From NCBI GenBank assembly GCA_965234725.1, contig CBDDUX010000029.1, forward strand, positions 1,752 to 65,751: a stretch of 64,000 bases of DNA, in the 5' to 3' direction. The notes under the pieces are model-generated. The model was not told the origin of the DNA, did no database searches, and saw only the letters and a list, made by a program, of their open reading frames with translations. This DNA comes from Thermoplasmatota archaeon. GTDB taxonomy: Archaea > Thermoplasmatota > Penumbrarchaeia > Penumbrarchaeales > Penumbrarchaeaceae. Position 1 is the stretch's first letter, and each line of letters begins with the position of its first letter. This document shows positions 47,301 through 54,927 of the stretch, piece after piece. The position numbers and the translations under genes are program-made.

Positions 47301-49098
47301 GTCCTTCGCCATTGTTATTGGATACGTTTGAATTGATTATTGTAAGATTAGTGCAATCGAAAAAATGAAGCCCCTCACCTGAAGAAGAGTCTCTGACCTC
47401 CAATCCTTCAAGTAATACATTTTCACAATTCACAAAAGGGCTGTTGGTATTATTGTGAAATGACCATTCCTTCAGCGTAAGATTTGAACAATTGACGAAA
47501 AAATACTGGGATCCATCGGGAATTGGACCATGAGAGAGATCCATTCCTCCGAAATATCTGATGGGCTTCCCATTCAACGTATTATTAGGGGGAAGAACCT
47601 GTTCTGTTAAACCAGAATAATCAAAATGCATATCGACATCTAAGAGAATAGGAGGTCCCAAAATCTCATTTCCATAATAGGTATTTCCTGCAGATAGATC
47701 ATCAGATAAAATCGAATAGGAATTTGTATGGGATATTATTTGATTTTTATGGAAAATATTCCCATATGAATTTTCAATGTAGATTCCAAAGCTGTTCTCA
47801 CTTTCCAGAGTGCATTGATCAATCTTCACACCACTGGACAAGAATATCCTAAGTCCTTCTTTAAAAAATGAATAACAGGTAATGTTGGATAATAATGCAT
47901 TTTGTGTTCTTCTAACATGAATCCCCGGATCGTTGATCCTTGTATCCAATCTTCCATTTAAAATGTTTACATTTTCACAACTGTTTATACGGATACGGGA
48001 ATTTCTTCCTGAGATCTCGAATCCATCTATGTTACAATTATTAATCTCTTCAAGATTGAGACCACCATAACCATAATCCCTTCTTATACTAGTAATATTA
48101 ATAATCTTAATATCCGTCCCTGAATCCAGGTCTATTGAATCCCAATTAGTTCTTTCAAAATAACAACCGAAAATATTAATTTTTTCAAATGTGTATATTC
48201 CAATTGCATATTCATCATCATTTTTAAATTCTGATTCAATAATGGAAATATTTTCAACATGACTCATCTGAATAGAATTCCTGCACTTATTGAAAGTTGT
48301 ATTATCAATCATGATATCTTCACAATAAATGGATTCTAGTCCTTCGTCCATAATACTGAAATATGAATCAAAGATCTGAAAACCTGAACAATAATGAATA
48401 TTTATTCCATCCTTTACAGAATTGAAAAATGAACATCTTTTAATTATCATTTCATTAAGAATGGTGGAGGGTTCATTGGAGATTCCATAGCTCGTGTTAT
48501 AGAATGATGTGTTTTTAATCAATATATTCCATGCTTCATCGATATGAATGCACCTATAAGTTTCATGAAAACTGCAATTTGAAATAGTAATATTTCCGGA
48601 ATTCTTGAAATATACCAGCTCTTTATCATAGTAAATGTAATACTTTGAATTATTATAAAGATCACAATTTGAAATTAACAGATGGGATGAGATATTTCCA
48701 ATATAGATCGCATGGTCCTCACCATTGGCATCGATATCAAGGTCCTCGATTCTGTATGGATTCTCCTTCGTCCCGTTCCCGGTCCACCCCTCATCATCCA
48801 TCAGGTCCTCGAGATCGGTCTCATTGTTGATTATTATCGGGTCATGGTCGGTGAGGTTCCCTGAAACAGAGGACCTAATCATGGGAAGATCCTCTTCCAT
48901 GAAGATATCGAGGTCCTCATCTTCATCGAACTGATAAGGGATTCCCTCTCCTTGATCGAAAAGGATCCAAAAGGGACCTGCCAGAAGCAGGACCGTCAGT
49001 ATTAACGCATCGGTCCTCATCTTTCCCGACTGGATATCTGGTTCACCGTATTTGACCCTAACGTTCATAGAAGACACTGGAATAGAAGGAAACGGCAT
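44380..49098 (-). CDS. Giant (1572 aa) surface protein: N-terminal anchor/signal, PbH1 beta-helix, FN3, Ig-like modules, CarboxypepD_reg-like domain, TM, cytoplasmic J-domain
   Basis: ORF track, continuous frame. Beta-helix coils throughout residues ~110-860. FN3 (VVLEWTEP...YKIYQKEG...FMVSAYNDMGEG). GTASGRIMDAGGNTVSGAMVTF (CarboxypepD_reg-like). TM ILIFFLTILILIAISASIVFFVL + RKKKRG. J-domain with HPD. A start at an internal Met (MRTDALILTVLLLAG, ~49020) is possible. Confidence 0.85.
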   Translation of the reverse strand: MPFPSIPVSSMNVRVKYGEPDIQSGKMRTDALILTVLLLAGPFWILFDQGEGIPYQFDEDEDLDIFMEEDLPMIRSSVSGNLTDHDPIIINNETDLEDLMDDEGWTGNGTKENPYRIEDLDIDANGEDHAIYIGNISSHLLISNCDLYNNSKYYIYYDKELVYFKNSGNITISNCSFHETYRCIHIDEAWNILIKNTSFYNTSYGISNEPSTILNEMIIKRCSFFNSVKDGINIHYCSGFQIFDSYFSIMDEGLESIYCEDIMIDNTTFNKCRNSIQMSHVENISIIESEFKNDDEYAIGIYTFEKINIFGCYFERTNWDSIDLDSGTDIKIINITSIRRDYGYGGLNLEEINNCNIDGFEISGRNSRIRINSCENVNILNGRLDTRINDPGIHVRRTQNALLSNITCYSFFKEGLRIFLSSGVKIDQCTLESENSFGIYIENSYGNIFHKNQIISHTNSYSILSDDLSAGNTYYGNEILGPPILLDVDMHFDYSGLTEQVLPPNNTLNGKPIRYFGGMDLSHGPIPDGSQYFFVNCSNLTLKEWSFHNNTNSPFVNCENVLLEGLEVRDSSSGEGLHFFDCTNLTIINSNVSNNNGEGLTLFNSEDIAIIGSKFDLNDGVGFEVQDSRNLLVEDCNISFPGQMRSINKLRIIGNIFRSFETDCIKCYYCNDVKIIDNIVESSSRAVTLAYSTDFLLTRNTLNSINRGIYLSDSNKGIIENNSVNKSEYGIYQYSSEDVLIRDQEIMRMDYGIYSRSSNNITIVGCLILDCGEGVTDRGSEDIVISSNNFSDCDIGVSLDDTRESTINFNIIWKSKGYGLYFFGTAEDNMVISNSFLRNNNANGNEYDYETSQVKGSKNNYYSAGGSGNHYSEHTSPDTDFDGIVDEEYLFHGVGESDPYPLVRTPMPTFDAPELISITPGSSSVVLEWTEPEKRYGGDLDGYKIYQKEGKGPFQLKFDVSDTNKVTIHSLSDGIIHSFMVSAYNDMGEGLLSAPASTIPDGTGPDIFIHTPIEGSFLNDEVVELQWSCIDVETGVSLVEISVDEEEPFVVPVEFGSYDLENLSEGDHIVTIRSENPISLSSQVSVNFTVDRTSPYLVFNAPGPLYSNIGSFPISWNAYDNLSGLDDGFTIFLEDRDPIQTDRSDYEVIILDEGEYLVLISFKDLAGNNGIARLTLILDQTQPEITITPESGSYLKEDSILLDWVSDGTGSPIRTVEISIDRGRSVVQLEGPMEYKDLKDGSHVVTFYLEDKAGNSASKDITFTTDTVSPRIDYKVPSGDKVPLDSDLEIVFSENVYNVSVMIDGISFLTVVSGNKAYITPVPVWEIGKIYSIDVSAVDLAGNPLENGSYEFTTVGPGTASGRIMDAGGNTVSGAMVTFQGTEYLSDEDGRFSFSGPEGNWTILIKAKGFLDYNTTISLVPGNNADLGNVILLKKESDGNNYSGILIFFLTILILIAISASIVFFVLRKKKRGLEYGDMSAMKEIMSGFGIRRSPKEINCYQILGVSRNATDWEIKKAYRNLAGIYHPDRNTNRNTEADFDEKIREINTAKTILLDPEKREVHDRMLNHFED
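44407..44604 (-). other. J-domain (DnaJ N-terminal-type domain) forming the cytoplasmic tail of the 1572-aa protein
   Basis: NCYQILGVSRNATDWEIKKAYRNLAGIYHPDRNTNRNTEADFDEKIREINTAKTILLDPEKREVHD. HPD codons at 44512-44520 (minus strand). Confidence 0.9.
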
Positions 49099-49129
49099 GA
49101 AATTGAGATGTTATAGATTTGAAGAACAA

Positions 49130-49141
49130 CCTTTTAAAAGG
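49130..49141. promoter_or_regulatory. Perfect 12-nt palindrome CCTTTTAAAAGG in the 87-nt divergent intergenic region between two giant genes (candidate shared TATA element)
   Basis: Read directly. It lies 32 nt from the ATG at 49098 (minus gene) and 45 nt from the TTG at 49186 (plus gene). Confidence 0.35.
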
Positions 49142-49185
49142 CGAGGTGACTTGGATAAATAGGGTTCGATTCTGGGGGGTTATGT

Positions 49186-52100
49186 TTGTTCACTCGAAAT
49201 AAAGCTGCGACAGCCTGTTTATTAATGATTATTTTGACAATGGGTTCATTTCTTCCATTTTGCATTGATTCCGAAGCGGAACCCGTCATTGAAACCGAGG
49301 ATACCAATATCCCTGTTTTCAAAGTGATGGATCATCAAATCGGGTCCTATCCGGGAACCATCTATTACGTCGGAGGATCAGGACCTGGCAACTATACCAC
49401 CATACAACAGGGGGTTGATGCGGCATCGGACGGCGATATGGTCCTCCTGTCCCCCAAGACATATTATGAAACGATAATGATCACTTCTGAGATCTGGATA
49501 ATGGGAAACGGTTCGACCATTTCCCCCCCACTTGAAATAAACCCGGTTGCCTTCACTTTAAATGCGGACAATGTTACAATAACTGACCTAATGATCAGGG
49601 GTTATTACGTTGCTATCCAGTCCACATATTATGGGCACAATATCACTAACAATGTATTTTCCGACAACCAAAGGGATTTGATTATTGATGTCAATATAAA
49701 TGACATCCATACTTCCAGGTCATTCAGCGGTATCCGGATCCTGGATAACATCATAATGAGATCGTCACCATCATCCAGTATGGAAGTAACGGTGAGTCTG
49801 ATATCAGATAATGAGAACACCACCAATATCAAGACAGGAGATGTCATTCTATCGGGGAATGATTTCACTTCATCTTCATTATCTGGTGATCTCTTCTATT
49901 TCTCCATGAACGTGATGTCAATGGGGGGGGGATCTTTGGATATTGGAAATTTCAAGGCAACGGATAATGAGATGTCGGGAGCGGGGAGGGGTATTTACTT
50001 CTTTTCTGATATTGGGATGCTCACGGATGTAAAGGTCACGGTGGGTGACTTCATTATCTTGAACAACAATATCACCGATTTCGGAAATATAGGCCTGGCT
50101 TTGGATTATTACAATGTTAACACCGTATATGGATCAACGAACATAAGGATGGGTGAGGTCCGTATTTACAATAACCTTTTAAGGTCAGATAATCCAGCAT
50201 CCGGAATAACTATCCCTGCATATTCACTTTGGTCCAATTTTAATGATGACTCTTCAATGATCTGCGGAAATCTGACGATCAGCAATAATATCATCGATGT
50301 CCTGAACGAAGGTGTTGAAGTCTTTTTCATATTACCTGGCATCAATATATATGATAACGTCAGAGTGATCTCACAGAACACCTATATCAGCAACAACTGG
50401 ATAAAAAACTCCAGGAGCGGGATCTATGTTGAAATTGACCGGTTTGAAGCTCTTTATGAAAATGTCACTTGTTCCATTGGAGATATCACAATAATAAATA
50501 ATACGGTCAATAGTACTTCGATCCCCGTTACTGTGAACGGTTATGGCTTGGGCAACGATATGCACGGTAACTCAAGTTTCATGATGGGAGACATCACCAT
50601 TACTGAAAATGACCTCATGACCGATATGTACTCCACCTTGGCAAACGGTATATCCTTTAATATGAACAAAGTTGGACATCTCCTCTATGATAACTCAAGT
50701 GTGAGTATTGGAATTATGAAGATCAATAAGAACTCGATACATTCATACCAGGGTATCAGTTTCTCCCAGTTCCTGAAAATTGGAAGTGAACTATACGGAT
50801 GGTCTTCATTTTCTATGAAAGGGATCAATGTTTCTGAAAATAACATATGGTCAGAAAGTTATGGGATTACCATACACACTTTTTCAGAGTTCGGCAGCAA
50901 CCTCTACGGTTCGTCAACTGTTCAGATCAGAGAGATCGGGATCAAGAAAAATGCGATCTGGTCTCACGGAGATGGGATATTCATCAATCATCTGGAAGAA
51001 TTCGGTTACCGGATGTCCGACCTATCATCAATGACAATGATGGACATAGTCATTTCAGAAAACAATATTTGGTCCTCAAGTGGGGGGATCCACATCTACC
51101 AGATCAATACCTGGGGTGTATTGATGACGGGGGGATCATCCTTTACTTTTGGATCAATTTACATTCATGATAACTTCCTCTGGGCATTGGAACAAGGGAT
51201 CATGATCGAAAGCATCTCAAATTTAGGATTGGAACTTTGGGGAACAGCCACCTTCACAATGGAAGATATCGACATAAGTCACAACAAGATCAGATCCGAA
51301 TACAATGGCATCCATCTGGAAAGCCTGGATACATTTGGGACCCATATCTACGAAGAGGGCTCATTTGAAATGGGTTCTATCATGATCAGAGATAACGACG
51401 TCATATCCAATGAGACTGGTGTTTTTCTTTCTCAAGTATTTAATATCGGATGTTATCTGATGGATAATGCCAGCTTCTCCATGGAAGATATCAGTATCAT
51501 GGGTAATTCAATTAAATCATTGAGTTATGGCATCTATATTGGATATACCTACCTAGTTGGGTCATTCCTTGAAGATAACTCCTCATACCAGGGTGGTTCC
51601 GTATCACTGACAGAGAACTCTGTTGTATCTGGGGACCAGGGGATCCATATAGAATACATCAACAGCTTCGGATCCTTCCTCACGGGGGAGGCTACTTTCC
51701 AAATGCAAGACATCATGATCTGTGGAAATGGCATCATCTCGGAAAACGAAGGGGCCCTGATCCAGAACATCGGAACCATAGGGTACCAATTGTCCGGATA
51801 TTCATCTACCACAATGGGGGTAATATCTCTCAGTGAAAATATTGTCAGGACCAATTTAACTGGGATCATGCTTTCGGATATATCTCAGATAGGTATCTGG
51901 ATGGAAGATGCCACCGTTGTAAAATTCGGCGGTATCCACATGAATAACAACTCGGTGAATTCCAAAAATGATGGAGTGGTCCTGGGGCCCCTATCATATT
52001 TCGGGAATGAGAATTCGGGAAATTCAGTATCCGAATTTGGAAATATCACATTGGATGGCAATACCGTGGATTCCGGTAATCGGGGAGTTGGATTCGACAA

Positions 52101-54882
52101 CCTGAGGACATTTTTCAGCCATTTGACCGATTCTGCAAATTCGGTCTTAGGCACTATCTCTTTTGTGAAGAATGATATCATTTCCGAAGGTGCGGGAGTG
52201 TTCCTGAACAATATAATGAACACGGGTCAAATGTCGAGGGATTCCTCATGGGGGATGATCGAGGGGGTCCGGATCAAAGGAAATTCCATCAGGTCCAATG
52301 GGAGCGCCATAGAATCCAACGCACACAATAGATTCGGTAATGAATTAGATGGTTCTGCGATCATGAGCATGGGGGCCTGGAAGATCGAAGACAACGACAT
52401 TCATGCTGATGATTACGGCCTGGACATCGACCATGATATGATCGGTGATGGGATGATATCCGGACAGGTGGTATTAGAGGATCTGATCATCTCCAATAAC
52501 AGATTCGACACCGGGAAAGGGATCAGAACAAATTATACAACCTCCACACTTACAAGTTATTCGAATGTCACCATAGGAGATGTGAACCTCATCGACAACA
52601 CGTTCATGAGGACCTCGGATCAGGATATGGTCCTTGTGAATTTCAAGACCGATGCAAGAAGCTATTCCAGAGTTAAGATCGGATCGACACTCATTGAGGG
52701 GAATGGCAGGTTATCCTCAAACCTCTCTGGCATACACATTGCTTATTCCAAATATGAACAGGGATCCGGTATCTCCAGAATAGGTCCAGTCAATATCATC
52801 TCAAATAATATCACGGACTGCGGTACCGGGATAGAATTGGAAGGAGTGGTGACCGCCGAAATATACCTCAACAACTTCATCAACAACCTCCAGGACCTTG
52901 AACTGGGTTCAACATCGGTTTCACTGATCTCCCCTCATCCGATCTGGTACAGGCATGGAATGAAGAACTTCTCCTCTGAACTGGGCAACTACTGGGATAC
53001 GTATTTTGGACCCGATCTGAACGATGACGGAATAGGGGATAATCCTTTCAATACAGGGTCCGGAACGGATACCAAACCTCTGGTGAAAGGCACATGGAAT
53101 TATCTTCCTCCCTGGAATGATATCACCCCTCCTGATGTCAGGATCATATCACCGGGAAATGGATCATTCCTCAGGAGCCAGAACATCACATTGAATTGGG
53201 AAAGTATTGATGATCTTCTTGGAATTGAGAAACACTGGGTCAGATCGGACAACGGACCATGGATCGATGTTGGAATGTCCCATTCACATGATTTCACATA
53301 TCTGACCGAGGGCCCCCACACTTTGACAGTAAGGGCCAGGGATATGGCCGGGAACGAAGAACAGGTCTCCGTCACGATCACCATTGATCTGACCGGACCA
53401 GATATCCATATCTTATCACCCGTGACTGGTTCCGCTTTCAACGTCACATCTATCCAGCTGAGCTGGTCCGGTTCGGATCCTCTTTCAGGAATATCAGGAT
53501 ATTCTGTCGCTATTGGGAACGGGTCATTCTCGGATCTTGGTATGTCGACCTCAACGGTCCTGACAGGACTGACAGAAGGGATGCACCATATCAGCTTGAA
53601 AGCAACCGATAATGTTGGAAACCATATGACCGAGATGATAACCATATTTATCGATCTGACGCCACCGGAGATCGGGTTCATCCATCCTGAAATGGATATG
53701 GTCATCATAAGGGACCGATTGAATGCTTCCTGGTATGGGCTCGGAGGTCTGACCCCAATGGCTTCATATCAGATATCCATAGATGGAGACAATTCTACGG
53801 ACAAGGGAGAAGTGACATTCCATCTTTTCGAGGACCTGTCAACGGGCCAGCATGTACTTTACCTGATTGGATCCGATCTGGCGGGGAATAGAAATTCCAC
53901 TTCTGTGACCTTCACGGTGGATATAACCGCCCCAGGAGTAGTCATCCTCTATCCGGGGGATGGTTCCCGTATCAATTCAACTTCCATTGAAGCGAATTGG
54001 GGAGCAAACGGGCTTATCCATCCGGTGGAAAGGGTCGAATACAGACTTGATGGCGGGACCTGGACCCCAGGTGTTAATGACTACGCCATCCTGACGAACC
54101 TTTCGGAAGACGATCATACGTTGGACGTGAGAGCAATAGATAGTAAGGGAAACACGGCTGTTGCCACCTCTCATTTCACTGTTGACATTACATTGCCAAT
54201 AATTGTCTCCATATCACACGAGGGGACCTCGGCTGTGGCAAAGGGTCCTATCGTGATCGTTTTCTCCGAGGAAATGGCATCTGGATATGCGATCCTCAAC
54301 GGTGTGGAATTGGAAAAAGAACTGATCGGCAGCACCCTGTCATTGGAAATGGCAAAGATGTCCCCGGGAACGACCTACACCCTGGAATTAACTGCAAGGG
54401 ACCTTGCCGGAAACGAGATCAAAGAGACATTGACATTCACAACTGCATTCAAAGGGACCGTTTCCGGAAGGATCGTGGATAAGAATGGAGATCCCGTCCC
54501 GGGTGCAAGGGTGGTTTTCGATAGTGGTGAAGAGGTAACTGTGAACGATGATGGATCCTTCTCGGTGGAAGTTGAGGCCGGTTCCAGGACGGCAAAGGTG
54601 TATGATAAGGATGGTAACGAGATAGGTTCATTCGATTTCGAGGTTATCGGAGGAGATGATAATGAAACAGGTGACATCGAGGTCGAACCAAAGGAGAAGG
54701 AAGAGGGATCGAACTGGTGGATTGCTATAGTCGTTGCAGTAGCTATTATGCTTCTTCTCATGGCAGTGATCGCTTTCATCCTGATCTCGAAGGGAAAGGA
54801 GACTGAAGAGGAAGAATTCGAGGACGATGAATGGGAGAATGAGGACTTTGATGATGAGGGGTGGGATGATGATGAGTTTTGA
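49186..54882 (+). CDS. Giant (1898 aa) surface protein: signal peptide, beta-helix with an unusual 37-aa repeat solenoid, Ig-like modules, SbsA-Ig-like and CarboxypepD_reg-like domains, TM, acidic-aromatic cytoplasmic tail
   Basis: TTG start preceded by GGGGGGT (49174-49180). Signal KAATACLLMIILTMGSFLPFCIDSEA. Repeats (see the repeat feature at 50572..52140). NDDGIGDNPF cap. Repeated IDLTGPDI / IDLTPPEI / VDITAPGV Ig-module starts. GTVSGRIVDKNGDPVPGARVVF. TM WWIAIVVAVAIMLLLMAVIAFILIS. Tail EEEEFEDDEWENEDFDDEGWDDDEF. Confidence 0.85.
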   Translation: MFTRNKAATACLLMIILTMGSFLPFCIDSEAEPVIETEDTNIPVFKVMDHQIGSYPGTIYYVGGSGPGNYTTIQQGVDAASDGDMVLLSPKTYYETIMITSEIWIMGNGSTISPPLEINPVAFTLNADNVTITDLMIRGYYVAIQSTYYGHNITNNVFSDNQRDLIIDVNINDIHTSRSFSGIRILDNIIMRSSPSSSMEVTVSLISDNENTTNIKTGDVILSGNDFTSSSLSGDLFYFSMNVMSMGGGSLDIGNFKATDNEMSGAGRGIYFFSDIGMLTDVKVTVGDFIILNNNITDFGNIGLALDYYNVNTVYGSTNIRMGEVRIYNNLLRSDNPASGITIPAYSLWSNFNDDSSMICGNLTISNNIIDVLNEGVEVFFILPGINIYDNVRVISQNTYISNNWIKNSRSGIYVEIDRFEALYENVTCSIGDITIINNTVNSTSIPVTVNGYGLGNDMHGNSSFMMGDITITENDLMTDMYSTLANGISFNMNKVGHLLYDNSSVSIGIMKINKNSIHSYQGISFSQFLKIGSELYGWSSFSMKGINVSENNIWSESYGITIHTFSEFGSNLYGSSTVQIREIGIKKNAIWSHGDGIFINHLEEFGYRMSDLSSMTMMDIVISENNIWSSSGGIHIYQINTWGVLMTGGSSFTFGSIYIHDNFLWALEQGIMIESISNLGLELWGTATFTMEDIDISHNKIRSEYNGIHLESLDTFGTHIYEEGSFEMGSIMIRDNDVISNETGVFLSQVFNIGCYLMDNASFSMEDISIMGNSIKSLSYGIYIGYTYLVGSFLEDNSSYQGGSVSLTENSVVSGDQGIHIEYINSFGSFLTGEATFQMQDIMICGNGIISENEGALIQNIGTIGYQLSGYSSTTMGVISLSENIVRTNLTGIMLSDISQIGIWMEDATVVKFGGIHMNNNSVNSKNDGVVLGPLSYFGNENSGNSVSEFGNITLDGNTVDSGNRGVGFDNLRTFFSHLTDSANSVLGTISFVKNDIISEGAGVFLNNIMNTGQMSRDSSWGMIEGVRIKGNSIRSNGSAIESNAHNRFGNELDGSAIMSMGAWKIEDNDIHADDYGLDIDHDMIGDGMISGQVVLEDLIISNNRFDTGKGIRTNYTTSTLTSYSNVTIGDVNLIDNTFMRTSDQDMVLVNFKTDARSYSRVKIGSTLIEGNGRLSSNLSGIHIAYSKYEQGSGISRIGPVNIISNNITDCGTGIELEGVVTAEIYLNNFINNLQDLELGSTSVSLISPHPIWYRHGMKNFSSELGNYWDTYFGPDLNDDGIGDNPFNTGSGTDTKPLVKGTWNYLPPWNDITPPDVRIISPGNGSFLRSQNITLNWESIDDLLGIEKHWVRSDNGPWIDVGMSHSHDFTYLTEGPHTLTVRARDMAGNEEQVSVTITIDLTGPDIHILSPVTGSAFNVTSIQLSWSGSDPLSGISGYSVAIGNGSFSDLGMSTSTVLTGLTEGMHHISLKATDNVGNHMTEMITIFIDLTPPEIGFIHPEMDMVIIRDRLNASWYGLGGLTPMASYQISIDGDNSTDKGEVTFHLFEDLSTGQHVLYLIGSDLAGNRNSTSVTFTVDITAPGVVILYPGDGSRINSTSIEANWGANGLIHPVERVEYRLDGGTWTPGVNDYAILTNLSEDDHTLDVRAIDSKGNTAVATSHFTVDITLPIIVSISHEGTSAVAKGPIVIVFSEEMASGYAILNGVELEKELIGSTLSLEMAKMSPGTTYTLELTARDLAGNEIKETLTFTTAFKGTVSGRIVDKNGDPVPGARVVFDSGEEVTVNDDGSFSVEVEAGSRTAKVYDKDGNEIGSFDFEVIGGDDNETGDIEVEPKEKEEGSNWWIAIVVAVAIMLLLMAVIAFILISKGKETEEEEFEDDEWENEDFDDEGWDDDEF
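50572..52140 (+). repeat. Core of a tandem ~37-aa (111-nt) protein repeat array, consensus (S/A)SFxMxDIxIxxNxIxSxxxGIxIxxxxxxGxxLxGx
   Basis: Unit starts that I located in the DNA: 50572, 50695, 50803, 50911, 51025, 51136, 51247, 51358, 51469, 51580, 51691, 51802, 51913, 52024. The ten from 51025 to 52024 are spaced exactly 111 nt apart. Looser copies extend from about 49830 to about 52890. Confidence 0.85.
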
Positions 54883-54927
54883 TCACCGATCGCTTTGGAA
54901 GCCTGAAATTGGTAACAGGGACTCACT

